Shown here one piece after another: positions 29,018 to 39,143 of a stretch of DNA of 64,000 nt. A model generated the notes under the pieces. It had not been told where the DNA came from. It did no database searches and saw only the letters and a program-made list of their open reading frames with translations. This DNA comes from Candidatus Actinomarina sp. Its GTDB lineage: Bacteria > Actinomycetota > Acidimicrobiia > Actinomarinales > Actinomarinaceae. The stretch spans positions 8,999 through 72,998 of the forward strand of contig JAYQJM010000005.1 of assembly GCA_038142145.1 (NCBI GenBank), written 5' to 3'. A program made the position numbers and the translations under genes. Every line of letters starts with the position of its first letter. Position 1 is the stretch's first letter.

Positions 29018-30130
29018 ATGGACATTAAAGTACTAGATAACGGATTTATTCCTGAATCAATTTCTGAAAGTCTCTCAAGTGATTTTCAAGATGTAGAAGA
29101 AGTAGCAAATCAACTTCCAAAGATACTAGCTAATGAACATATTGAGACCAGTGTCAAGAGTATTAATCCCAATAAGGACATTTCAAATCTTTCAGATAGT
29201 GAACTAGAAAGAGCAATGCTTCTTTATTCTTATATCGGGCATGCTTATATGTGGGGAAAAAAAGAAGTTCAAAATGTCATACCTAAAGAATTAGCTATTA
29301 CTTGGCACAGCATTGCAAAAAAATTAGATAGACCTCCAATTCTTTCCTACGCGTCATATGCTTTGAATAACTGGAAAATTCATGATCCCAATAAACCATT
29401 TGATGTCGAAAACATAGACATCTTACAAAATTTTCTCGGTGGAGTCGATGAAGACTGGTTTATTATGATTCACGTTGCAATTGAATATGAGGCAAAAAAT
29501 TTGTTATCCAACCTTAAAACTTATTTTTTAGATCAGTCAGAAAACATTCAACAACTTGAAGACTCATATACAAGCATTAAAAAAATAAATTCAATTATGA
29601 ACAGAATGCCAGAAAAGTGCGATCCTTTTATTTATTACAACAGAGTTAGACCTTATATATTTGGTTGGAAAAATAATCCAGCAACACCTGAAGGCGTTGT
29701 TTACGAAGGAGTAAACGAATACAACAATCAGCCACAATTATTTAGAGGCGAAACAGGTGCACAAAGTTCTATTGTGCCATGTCTTGATGCATTTTTAGGT
29801 GTTACTCATTCGAACGACCCACTCCGAGAGTATCTGGATGAGATGAGGCTTTACATGCCGAAGAATCATAGAGATGTATTAAATTATTTAGATGAGTGGT
29901 CTCAATCAGAAAGAGGCGAGTTAGAACTTCAAGATGATGCAAAACAAATAGTGCACTCATTAATTGAGGAAGTTCATAAATTTAGGAATAAACATTTGGA
30001 ATACGCAAGAGTTTATATATTTGAACAGTCATTAACAAACAGTTCAAATTCTAATATTGTTGGAACAGGTGGAACTCCATTTATGAAATATTTAGATAAG
30101 CACTTACAAGAAACAGTGGCAGATGGTTAA
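29018..30130 (+). CDS. Indoleamine 2,3-dioxygenase family heme enzyme
   Basis: RPPILSYA...NW, DEDWF.MIH..IE, YYNRVRPYI.GW, GETGAQSS, MRLYMP..HR, FRNKH, GTGGTPFM.YL; SD AGGGGG. Confidence 0.9.
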   Translation: MDIKVLDNGFIPESISESLSSDFQDVEEVANQLPKILANEHIETSVKSINPNKDISNLSDSELERAMLLYSYIGHAYMWGKKEVQNVIPKELAITWHSIAKKLDRPPILSYASYALNNWKIHDPNKPFDVENIDILQNFLGGVDEDWFIMIHVAIEYEAKNLLSNLKTYFLDQSENIQQLEDSYTSIKKINSIMNRMPEKCDPFIYYNRVRPYIFGWKNNPATPEGVVYEGVNEYNNQPQLFRGETGAQSSIVPCLDAFLGVTHSNDPLREYLDEMRLYMPKNHRDVLNYLDEWSQSERGELELQDDAKQIVHSLIEEVHKFRNKHLEYARVYIFEQSLTNSSNSNIVGTGGTPFMKYLDKHLQETVADG

Positions 30131-31226
30131 AAAGCTAGGGATTCCAAAAGAGGTTAAAACTAGTGAAGGTAGAGTTAGCTTAATCCCTCAACATATAACT
30201 CAATTTACAGGTTTAGCTGATATTTTTGTTGAAGAAAACGCAGGCGTTGGTGCAGGATTTTCAGATAAAGATTATGAAATAGCTGGAGCCAAAATAGTCG
30301 CCTCAGCTGAAGAGCTTTATGGTGTCTCTGATGTTATTTGTAAAGTTAAAGAACCTCAGGAATCTGAATATGACCTACTAAGACCAGAACATGTTTTATT
30401 TGGCTATTTACACTTGGCTTCGAATCTTCAATTGACAAAAAAACTTTTAGAAAAAAAGTTAACTGCTATTGCAACAGAAATGATAATGAGAGATGGGGTA
30501 TATCCGTTGCTAGCTCCTATGTCGAAAATTGCTGGAAATCTTGCAATTCAAAAAGGTATGCAATTTCTTGAATTTAATAACAACGGTAAGGGCATATTAC
30601 TTTCTTCAATTTCAGGCAACAACAACACACAGGTGGTTGTAGTTGGTTGTGGTGATGTTGGAAAAAATTCTATACACAAAGCAGTTCAATTAGGAGCGAA
30701 CGTTACAGCTATTGATATCAATGAAACAATTCTTGATAGATTAAACGATATGTATGAAGATAAAATAACAACTCACATAAGTGGAAGTGATGAAGCTTCT
30801 GAATCAATTCGTACTGCAGATTTAGTAGTTGGTGCAGTGTTGTTGCCTGGAAGAAAGCCACCTATCGTTATAACTAATGATGATATTAAACATATGGAAA
30901 AAGGAACTGTAGTAGTTGATGTTGCAATAGATCAAGGGGGTTGCGTTGAAGGAGTTGTAGCTAATACTCATAATGAACCTTTTGAAATTAGGGATGGAGT
31001 GATTATTTCTGCTATTGCAAATTTACCAGGGGCTGTTCCGAAGACTTCTTCAATTGAACTATCAACAGAATTGCAAAATTTTGTTGAACACATTCTTATT
31101 GAAGATTGGTTTGAAAAGTACAAGTCAGATGAAAATTTAAATCCTTCACTACAAATACATAACGGATTGTTGCTTTCTCAAGAAGTTGGAGACAGTTTAA
31201 GCCTTAGTGTATCTAAACTAATTTAG
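30123..31226 (+). CDS. ald: Alanine dehydrogenase
   Basis: GIPKE...EGRV, KVKEP, YLHLA, LLAPMS, DVAIDQGGC, ANLPGAVP.TS. Confidence 0.9.
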   Translation: MVKKLGIPKEVKTSEGRVSLIPQHITQFTGLADIFVEENAGVGAGFSDKDYEIAGAKIVASAEELYGVSDVICKVKEPQESEYDLLRPEHVLFGYLHLASNLQLTKKLLEKKLTAIATEMIMRDGVYPLLAPMSKIAGNLAIQKGMQFLEFNNNGKGILLSSISGNNNTQVVVVGCGDVGKNSIHKAVQLGANVTAIDINETILDRLNDMYEDKITTHISGSDEASESIRTADLVVGAVLLPGRKPPIVITNDDIKHMEKGTVVVDVAIDQGGCVEGVVANTHNEPFEIRDGVIISAIANLPGAVPKTSSIELSTELQNFVEHILIEDWFEKYKSDENLNPSLQIHNGLLLSQEVGDSLSLSVSKLI

Positions 31227-31800
31227 GCTTCCAAGATTTTCTAGAATCAAAAAACTCTTTTATCTTATTTTCATATTCAAGAGTTATATCAATTTTGTCT
31301 ATTCCATTAAGAATTCTATTTTGTGAAAAGTCATCTAATTCAAAATTAAAAACAATATCTTCACACTGGACTTCTTTTTTTTCTACAGATACTGTTATTT
31401 CTGTTTCTGGATTTTCATTAACTTTTGAAAACAACTGTTGGATAATGGATTCATCTGCTTCTATTGGTAGTAATCCAATATTGATCGAGTTCAATTTGAA
31501 TATATCAGCGAATTTACTACTTATTATTGCATCAAATCCCCAATCTTGAAGACCCCAAGGGGCATGTTCTCTTGAAGAACCTGTTCCAAAATTCTCTCCA
31601 GCGAGTAGTACTTTTGCATTTTGGTAAAGATTATTATTTAAAGGGAAATCAGCTTCTTTTTTCCAGTCAAAAAATAAGTATTCTCCATACCCAGACCTCT
31701 CAACTCTTTTAAGGAATTGTTTGGGCATGATCTGATCAGTGTCCACATTAGACAAATTTAAAGGGAGGATAGTTGTAGTAAAGTTGTTTAATTTTTTCAT
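31213..31800 (-). CDS. leuD: 3-isopropylmalate dehydratase small subunit
   Basis: NVDTDQIMPKQFLK, NFGTGSSREHAPW. Confidence 0.97.
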   Translation of the reverse strand: MKKLNNFTTTILPLNLSNVDTDQIMPKQFLKRVERSGYGEYLFFDWKKEADFPLNNNLYQNAKVLLAGENFGTGSSREHAPWGLQDWGFDAIISSKFADIFKLNSINIGLLPIEADESIIQQLFSKVNENPETEITVSVEKKEVQCEDIVFNFELDDFSQNRILNGIDKIDITLEYENKIKEFFDSRKSWKPKLV

Positions 31801-31802
31801 AT

Positions 31803-33200
31803 TTAAATAGTTCTAATATCTACAAATGTTCCTTCGATTGCAGCTGCGGCTGCCATCTTTGGACTCACAAGGTGTGTTCTTCCTCCCGCACCTTGTCTGC
31901 CTTCATAATTCCTATTTGATGTAGAGGCACATCTTTCACCTGGTTGAAGTATGTCTGGATTCATGCCTAGACACATTGAACAACCTGCTTCCCTCCAGTC
32001 GAATCCTGCATCAATAAATATTTTGTCCAAACCCTCTTCTTCAGCTTGCTTTTTAACCAATGTAGAACCAGGAACAACCATTGCTTCAAGACCATCATTA
32101 ATTTTTTTACCTTTGACTATTGCTGCAGCATCTCTGAGGTCTTCGATTCTTCCATTAGTACAGCTACCAATAAATATTCGATCGAGTTTGATATCTTTAA
32201 TTTTTTGACCGGGTGTTAAGTCCATATATTCTAAAGCTCTTTTCGCAGCTTCTTTATCTGAGTTATTAGTGAAATCGTCAGGGTGAGGAATTGAATCATT
32301 TATAAATATAACTTGAGATGGATTGGTACCCCATGAAATCGAAGGTTCTAATTCGCTTGCATCAATAACAATCTCTTTATCGTAAACAGCATCTTCATCA
32401 GTAAAGAGCTCAGACCATTCACCAATAGCATCATCCCAATCAGCCTCTTTAGGCGCATAATTTTTATTCTTTAAATATTCAAAAGTAACTTCATCTGGCG
32501 CAATCATTCCAGCTCGTGCACCGCCTTCAATGGACATGTTGCAAATAGTCATTCTATTTTCCATACTTAAATCTTTTATAAAGTCGCCAACATATTCAAT
32601 TACATGACCAGCACCTCCACCAGTTCCTATTTTTCTGATGATTCCTAGTATCACATCTTTAGGGCCAACACCTTTTGGAAGAGTACCTTTCACTTCAACT
32701 TTCATAGTTTTTGGTTTTTCCATTGCTAATGTCTGGGTTGCTAAAACATGTTCAACTTCAGATGTTCCAATACCAAATGCCAATGCGCCAAACGCACCAT
32801 GGGTTGCTGTATGGCTATCACCACAAACAATCGTCATGCCAGGTTGTGTAATTCCCTGTTCTGGACCAATTACATGTACAATGCCTTGCCTTGGATCGTT
32901 AACACCAAATAAAGTGACTCCAAACTCATTGCAATTATTTTCTAATGCATCGATCTGTTTTTTTGATAATGGATCTTTTATGCCAAGACTTCTATTTGAT
33001 GTTGGCACTCCATGATCTACTGTTGCTAAGGTCAACTCAGGATGTTTAACTTTTCTGTTTGAAATTCTTAAGCTATCAAATGCTTGAGGTGATGTTACTT
33101 CGTGTACTAAATGAAGATCGATAAATACTAAATTAGTATCACTATCTATTGAGGCAACTAGATGTTTATCCCAGATCTTTTCAAATAATGTTTTTCCCAT
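31803..33200 (-). CDS. leuC: 3-isopropylmalate dehydratase large subunit
   Basis: [37 protein letters not shown]. Confidence 0.98.
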   Translation of the reverse strand: MGKTLFEKIWDKHLVASIDSDTNLVFIDLHLVHEVTSPQAFDSLRISNRKVKHPELTLATVDHGVPTSNRSLGIKDPLSKKQIDALENNCNEFGVTLFGVNDPRQGIVHVIGPEQGITQPGMTIVCGDSHTATHGAFGALAFGIGTSEVEHVLATQTLAMEKPKTMKVEVKGTLPKGVGPKDVILGIIRKIGTGGGAGHVIEYVGDFIKDLSMENRMTICNMSIEGGARAGMIAPDEVTFEYLKNKNYAPKEADWDDAIGEWSELFTDEDAVYDKEIVIDASELEPSISWGTNPSQVIFINDSIPHPDDFTNNSDKEAAKRALEYMDLTPGQKIKDIKLDRIFIGSCTNGRIEDLRDAAAIVKGKKINDGLEAMVVPGSTLVKKQAEEEGLDKIFIDAGFDWREAGCSMCLGMNPDILQPGERCASTSNRNYEGRQGAGGRTHLVSPKMAAAAAIEGTFVDIRTI

Positions 33201-33224
33201 AATCGTTACGATTTATTTTAACTT

Positions 33225-34520
33225 CTAGGATTTGTTTTTGGTTGAATTAATTAGATCTTGAGAAAGCAATTTAAATGAAGTTATAAATACAAATGTCATC
33301 GCTATGCCTGCAAGCAGAAAAGGAAGTCTTAATGAAAACACTCTATCGAAATATATTTCAGAATACTTGACGATTGTACCTCCAAAAAGGCTACCAAGTG
33401 GTGTCAACCCAAGTGCTAGCAACCGGTATACACTATTGACTCTGCCTAGTAAATTGTCAGGAATTATTGATTGTCTGATTGATACCGCTTGTACGTTCCA
33501 GACTATTGATCCAAAGCTTGTGGTCGCAAAAGCTAGCGCTACTATAAATGGATTTCTTGTTAAGTAAGGTAAAAACATTCCTAATGAAAAGAGAAACATT
33601 GCCAAAATCAAGGTCTTTGACTCTTTAAGTACTTCATTTATTTTATTTGCTAATGTGCTTCCAAGTAGACCACCAATTGCTGCACCATAAGCTAAAAATG
33701 CATATTGTACTGAATTAAGCTCTAATATTTCTTGGGCAAATAAAACCATAATTGGAAATTGCATTGCACCAAAAAAATTCGCTAAACCAGTGTAAATTGC
33801 AAGCCTTTTAAGAAGAGCTTGTTTTTTTAACCAACTGATACCTTCTTTAATCAAATCTAAAGTTTTTTCACTTTTCTTACTTTCAACAGGTCTTTCAAAA
33901 TTTCCAGAAATTTTAAAAATAAAGAATGTAGAAATTATTAATAAAACTGTGTCTGCAATAAATGGTGTATACAAAGACATTCCAATTAAAAGACCTGCTA
34001 TTGGCGCACCCAGAAAATTATTTGTTACTAGCTCTACACCAAACAATCTTCCATTAGCTTTTGATAGAAAATCTTTTTCAACAATTTGTGGAAGAAATGA
34101 TTGTGCTGCATTGTCTCTAGTTACCTCAAGAATTCCAAATGTAAAAGCTAATAAATATGAAATAGTGATTATAAAAAACTTTGCTTGAAATTCAGGTTCG
34201 ATAATTTGTACTGATTTAGGGATCTGATCTAAATTTATGACAATTACAAATATAAAAAGTCCTGTAAGAATAATTTGAATAATCCTAGTAAAAATAAGAA
34301 TTTTTTTTCTATTAAATTTGTCTGCAATTACTCCTGCAAAAAGAACAAAAATTAGATGCGGTAAAGTACTAAAAACTGTAATTAAAGCTATAAGTTGAGC
34401 ATCTCTTGTAATTAAAGAAAACAACCAAGGGTAAGCAAATCCTGCAATTCCATCTGCTAGATTGCTAAATGCTGATGCACTTATTAAATAATTGAAGTTA
34501 CGTTTATTTTCTTTATTCAT
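33225..34520 (-). CDS. MFS transporter (DHA3/macrolide efflux-like)
   Basis: 12 TMs, GVIADKFNRK, RQSIIPDNLLGRVNS. Confidence 0.88.
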   Translation of the reverse strand: MNKENKRNFNYLISASAFSNLADGIAGFAYPWLFSLITRDAQLIALITVFSTLPHLIFVLFAGVIADKFNRKKILIFTRIIQIILTGLFIFVIVINLDQIPKSVQIIEPEFQAKFFIITISYLLAFTFGILEVTRDNAAQSFLPQIVEKDFLSKANGRLFGVELVTNNFLGAPIAGLLIGMSLYTPFIADTVLLIISTFFIFKISGNFERPVESKKSEKTLDLIKEGISWLKKQALLKRLAIYTGLANFFGAMQFPIMVLFAQEILELNSVQYAFLAYGAAIGGLLGSTLANKINEVLKESKTLILAMFLFSLGMFLPYLTRNPFIVALAFATTSFGSIVWNVQAVSIRQSIIPDNLLGRVNSVYRLLALGLTPLGSLFGGTIVKYSEIYFDRVFSLRLPFLLAGIAMTFVFITSFKLLSQDLINSTKNKS

Positions 34521-34566
34521 CGATTTTTCTTATCATTTATTCTACGTTTATTTAAAATAATCATCT

Positions 34567-35793
34567 ATGGAAACTATTATTGAAAAATTTTTGGAAATAG
34601 CAATTATATTGGTTGCAGCAAAGTTTGGTGCTGAATTAATGAGAAGAATAAATCAGCCTGCTGTAATTGGTGAATTAGCTGCTGGAATCATCATTGGATA
34701 TTATGGTCTAGGCTTGTTGCCACATTTTGAATCTGGCGATGTTGTATCTACATTAGCTGAAATAGGTGTTGTTTTACTACTTTTTGAAGTTGGGTTAGAA
34801 ACTAATCTTGAAGAATTTGTTGAGTTAGGCTCTACTTCAATCCTCGTTGCACTCATTGGGGTAGTCGCACCTTTTGCATTAGGTTTTGGATCAATTTATG
34901 CATTAGGGCTTGGTGGTGTAAATCAATTTGAGGTAGCACTTTTTGTTGGTGCAGCAATGACTGCAACATCTGTTGGAATCACTGCTAGGGTTTTTGGTGA
35001 TCTAGGTGCTTTAAAGTCACGTGAAGCAAAAACAATTATTGGTGCAGCAGTAATTGATGATATTTTAGGTCTTTTAATTCTTACTGTTGTAGCTGGTTTA
35101 TTAGGTTCAACTGGAGATTTTCAAATTATTGATCTTGCTATTATCTCTGGTAAAGCAATTGGATTCTTGGCTGTTACAGTAATTTTAGGTAGAAAGTTGT
35201 CACCAATAATATTTAACTTTTTTGTGAAAATTCCATCTCCAGGTACTTTCGTAACAGGTAGTTTTATTTTTGCAATGCTCTTGGGTGCAGCTGCACATTT
35301 TGTAGGTCTACATCCTATTGTTGGAGCATTTGCTGGTGGGGTTGTAGCAGCAGAGTCAAAAATGACTCATAGAATTAGAGACGAAATGAAACCTCTTAAC
35401 TTCTTACTAGTTCCAATATTTTTTGTGTACATAGGGTCTGAGGTAAATATTCAAACACTTGCTTCTTTGGATATATTTCTTTACGGAATGGCAGTTAGTG
35501 TATTGGCATTTGTAGGTAAATTTGTTTCTGGTCTTGGAGCGCTCGGTAAAGGCATGAATACATCAATTATTGGAATTGGAATGGCTCCTCGTGGAGAGGT
35601 GGGTCTTATATTTGTGGCTGTTGCAGCGAGTACTTTGTCAGCTGTAATAAATGAAGAGATTATATCAATTATTATATGGATGGTAATTTCCACTACGATA
35701 GTCGCTCCAATTTTATTAAATAGAATCCTGCAAAAAGTACCGTTAGACCAGCGTGATGATGATGAAAGATTCGAATCACCTATAGTTGAATAA
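34567..35793 (+). CDS. Cation:proton antiporter (CPA2/NapA-like)
   Basis: QPAVIGEL, LLFEVGLE, ATSVGIT, AAVIDD, PRGEVG. Confidence 0.92.
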   Translation: METIIEKFLEIAIILVAAKFGAELMRRINQPAVIGELAAGIIIGYYGLGLLPHFESGDVVSTLAEIGVVLLLFEVGLETNLEEFVELGSTSILVALIGVVAPFALGFGSIYALGLGGVNQFEVALFVGAAMTATSVGITARVFGDLGALKSREAKTIIGAAVIDDILGLLILTVVAGLLGSTGDFQIIDLAIISGKAIGFLAVTVILGRKLSPIIFNFFVKIPSPGTFVTGSFIFAMLLGAAAHFVGLHPIVGAFAGGVVAAESKMTHRIRDEMKPLNFLLVPIFFVYIGSEVNIQTLASLDIFLYGMAVSVLAFVGKFVSGLGALGKGMNTSIIGIGMAPRGEVGLIFVAVAASTLSAVINEEIISIIIWMVISTTIVAPILLNRILQKVPLDQRDDDERFESPIVE

Positions 35794-35857
35794 ACTTTTA
35801 CATACAAAATAATTAAACTTTATTATTATTAATTTGTTCTAAAAAGGGGAAACATAA

Positions 35858-37906
35858 ATGTTATTAGGTTATCAAGGAGCAATTATTGCTGCACTTTTAG
35901 GTCTTGGTCTTGCTGCATATTTCGCAAACCGAATTTTATCTATTGAAGTAACAGACAGTAAAGTTCAAAGCTTATCTGATGCAATAAGAAAAGGTTCAAT
36001 GGCTTTTCTAAAAAGACAATATTCTTGGGTAAGTATCTTTGTTGCAGTATTAGCAGTTTTAATTTCAACCCTTACTGAATGGGGTTACCCTTGGGGCTCA
36101 ATTGCATTTGTTGGTGGAGCAGCATTCTCTTCTTTAGCTGGTTTTATCGGTATGAGAATTGCAACAGCTGCAAATGGTAGAACAACTGAAGCAGCTAGAG
36201 ACGGAGGTACATTAAAAGCTCTTCCCGTTGCATTTAGAGGTGGGGCTGTTATGGGATTCTCAGTTGCTGGCCTAGGACTTTTGGGTGTTGCTTTAGGATA
36301 CTGGATTTTTATAGACATTTTAGATCTTGATAATGGATATGACATTTTGGCTGCAATTGGCTTGGGTGGTTCTTCCATCGCTCTGTTTGCAAGAGTTGGT
36401 GGTGGAATTTATACAAAAGCCGCTGATGTTGGTGCTGATTTAGTTGGTAAAGTTGAAGCAGGTATTCCAGAAGATGATCCTAGGAACCCAGCTACAATTG
36501 CTGACAATGTTGGTGACAATGTAGGCGACGTTGCTGGTATGGGTGCTGATCTTTTTGAAAGTTATGTAGGTTCTCTCGTAGCTCCATTAGCTTACGCTGC
36601 AATCGTTTTCAGCAATACTGATGTTTTGCCGTCTATGTTATTTTTTCCTCTTGCAGTTGGAACAATTGGAATGCTTGCATCAATAGTTTCTTCATTTTTA
36701 GTTGTTCCTAAAGAAGGAAAGCTTGCACAAGCTCTCCATAGAGGAACTTATTCAGCAGCAGGTATTACTGCTGTTGGTGTTTACTTTTTAGCTAATGAGA
36801 TGTTTGCAGACTATTCAGACAATCCAATAGGATTATTTATTTCAGTAATTATTGGATTACTTGTAGGAATTATCGTTGGACAAATTTCAGAATGGTTTAC
36901 TTCAGATCATTACTCAATAGTGAAGAACATTGCAGACCAAGCCAAAACTGGTCCAGCTACAGTTGTTCTCTCTGGAATATCTGAAGGTATGAGATCAGCA
37001 GCATTTTCAGTGATTGTAGTTGTTCTAGGTGTAGGTGGAGCCTATACCGCTGGCGACTGGGCATTGGGCGAAGGTGGCGGAATTTATGGAGTTGCTATTG
37101 CTGCTATTGGTGTCTTGGCAACACTTGGTATTACAGTTGCTGTTGACGCTTACGGTCCAATTGCAGATAATGCTGGTGGTATTGCAGAGATGGCACACCT
37201 TGATCCTGAAGTTAGAGAAGCAACTGATGAGTTAGATTCTTTAGGAAATACAACAGCTGCTATTGCAAAAGGTTTTGCAATTGGTTCAGCTGCTGTAACC
37301 GCTTTAGCCTTATTCTCAGCTTTTGTTCAAAGTGCTGGATTAAGCGAAATTGGATTAAACCTCACAAAAGTCGAAGTAACCGCTGGATTGTTCCTAGGAG
37401 GAATGTTTCCATTCTTATTTGCTGCAATGACAATTAATGCAGTCGGTAGAGCAGCTTTCAAAATGATTGAGGAAGTTAGAAGACAATTTAGAGAAATTCC
37501 TGGACTAAGAGAAGGAAAAGAAGGCGTAACACCCGAGTATGAAAAATGCGTTGATATTGCAACTTCTGCAGCCTTAAAAGAAATGTTACTTCCAGGCGGT
37601 CTTGCAATAACATTACCACTTGTCATTGGTTTCTGGAACAAAGAAGCGTTAGGTGGTTTTTTAGCTGGAGCACTTGTTACTGGTTTTCTTTTAGCAATTT
37701 TTATGGCTAACTCTGGTGGAGCTTGGGATAATGCTAAAAAATATATCGAAGCTGGTGGTGGTGCAGGAAAAGGTTCTGAGGAACACAAAGCTGCTGTAAT
37801 CGGAGACACAATCGGTGATCCGTTTAAAGATACATCCGGACCGGCAATGAATATTGTTATTAAAGTAATGACAATTGTAAGTCTTATTTTTGCATCAGCA
37901 TTTTAA
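35858..37906 (+). CDS. hppA: Membrane-bound K+-dependent, probably Na+-translocating pyrophosphatase
   Basis: GGIYTKAADVGADLVGKVE, DNVGDNVGD, DLFESY, GNTTAA, GDTIGDPFKDTSGP. Confidence 0.96.
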   Translation: MLLGYQGAIIAALLGLGLAAYFANRILSIEVTDSKVQSLSDAIRKGSMAFLKRQYSWVSIFVAVLAVLISTLTEWGYPWGSIAFVGGAAFSSLAGFIGMRIATAANGRTTEAARDGGTLKALPVAFRGGAVMGFSVAGLGLLGVALGYWIFIDILDLDNGYDILAAIGLGGSSIALFARVGGGIYTKAADVGADLVGKVEAGIPEDDPRNPATIADNVGDNVGDVAGMGADLFESYVGSLVAPLAYAAIVFSNTDVLPSMLFFPLAVGTIGMLASIVSSFLVVPKEGKLAQALHRGTYSAAGITAVGVYFLANEMFADYSDNPIGLFISVIIGLLVGIIVGQISEWFTSDHYSIVKNIADQAKTGPATVVLSGISEGMRSAAFSVIVVVLGVGGAYTAGDWALGEGGGIYGVAIAAIGVLATLGITVAVDAYGPIADNAGGIAEMAHLDPEVREATDELDSLGNTTAAIAKGFAIGSAAVTALALFSAFVQSAGLSEIGLNLTKVEVTAGLFLGGMFPFLFAAMTINAVGRAAFKMIEEVRRQFREIPGLREGKEGVTPEYEKCVDIATSAALKEMLLPGGLAITLPLVIGFWNKEALGGFLAGALVTGFLLAIFMANSGGAWDNAKKYIEAGGGAGKGSEEHKAAVIGDTIGDPFKDTSGPAMNIVIKVMTIVSLIFASAF

Positions 37907-37913
37907 AATTTAG

Positions 37914-39143
37914 TTGAAAACAGTTCATTTTGTTCGCCACGGTGAAACCGAGGAGAACAACAAAGGTGTTTGGCAAGGTCATTCGGAAACTACATTAAAT
38001 AATAAAGGTGTTGAGCAAGCGAAGCTTCTAGCGGAGAGATTTCAAAAAGATAGCTTCAAAGTATTTACATCTGATTTATTAAGAGCAAAAGAAACAGCAA
38101 AATTCTTATCTGATACATACGAAAGTAGAGAAAATTTAAGAGAGATAAATGTTGGAGATTTTGCTGGTAAATCAGTAAAAGATACTTACTCAAATAACTC
38201 TGAAATTTTCACTGCATTACAAGACGATTCATATGCATTTCCAAATGGTGAAACTGTCAGAGAGTTTAAAAATCGTGTAAAGAGCGAGTTAGATTATATA
38301 TTTGATAAAACGGATGAAAATTCAACAACAATTGTCGTTACACACGGATTCTTTATCGGTACAGTTATTGGTATTGTCATGGGCTTTAATGAATATCCAT
38401 TTCCCATAGGAAATATTCAAAATACAGCAATCTCAACTGTTATAAAAAGAGATTCGTTGTTGCAAGTAAATAAATTTAATGACGCACTTCATACCTCAAA
38501 CTCATATATTGATTTTCCTGCAAAAGAAAAAAATAATGTAGTTACTTTTATCAGACATGGTCAAACTGATTCAAATGTTGGTGGAATTTGGCAAGGACAT
38601 ATAGATAACCCACTTAATAATGTTGGAATTGAAACTGCAAATAAATTAAGAAATACCTTTTCACATTATGAGTCATACTTATCTTCTCCTTATAAACGTG
38701 CATATGAAACTATGAAAATCATTTCAAGTTTAGAAAGTGTAAAAACGTCAGATCTTTTGACTGAAATGAACTTAGGTCAATGGGAAGGGCTTTCAACATC
38801 TGAGATTATGGAAAATTACAGAGATAGTTTTATTGATGCATTATTTATAAATCATAAAACAAAATATGGAGTGAGTGGGGAGTCAATTTTTGAAGCTGGA
38901 AATAGAATCGAATCCCTACTTAATCAACTTAAAGAGTCACATGTTTTGCTGGCAAGTCATGGAGGCACTATTAAAGCTGGAATTACTAAATTAATAGGTC
39001 CACCTGATGATAAAGCGGCATCATCATTTACCATTCCCAACAATTTAGGTGTAAGTTGTTTAGTTTATGAAAACAATAAATATTATTTATGGTCGTATAA
39101 TGTAGGTCAAATAGGCTATGAAAACTTTAGTTATAACAAATGA
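37914..39143 (+). CDS. Tandem two-domain histidine phosphatase (PGM family)
   Basis: Two complete domains: VRHGET...SDLLRA...VVTHG and IRHGQT...SPYKRA...LASHGG; TTG start. Confidence 0.9.
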   Translation: MKTVHFVRHGETEENNKGVWQGHSETTLNNKGVEQAKLLAERFQKDSFKVFTSDLLRAKETAKFLSDTYESRENLREINVGDFAGKSVKDTYSNNSEIFTALQDDSYAFPNGETVREFKNRVKSELDYIFDKTDENSTTIVVTHGFFIGTVIGIVMGFNEYPFPIGNIQNTAISTVIKRDSLLQVNKFNDALHTSNSYIDFPAKEKNNVVTFIRHGQTDSNVGGIWQGHIDNPLNNVGIETANKLRNTFSHYESYLSSPYKRAYETMKIISSLESVKTSDLLTEMNLGQWEGLSTSEIMENYRDSFIDALFINHKTKYGVSGESIFEAGNRIESLLNQLKESHVLLASHGGTIKAGITKLIGPPDDKAASSFTIPNNLGVSCLVYENNKYYLWSYNVGQIGYENFSYNK

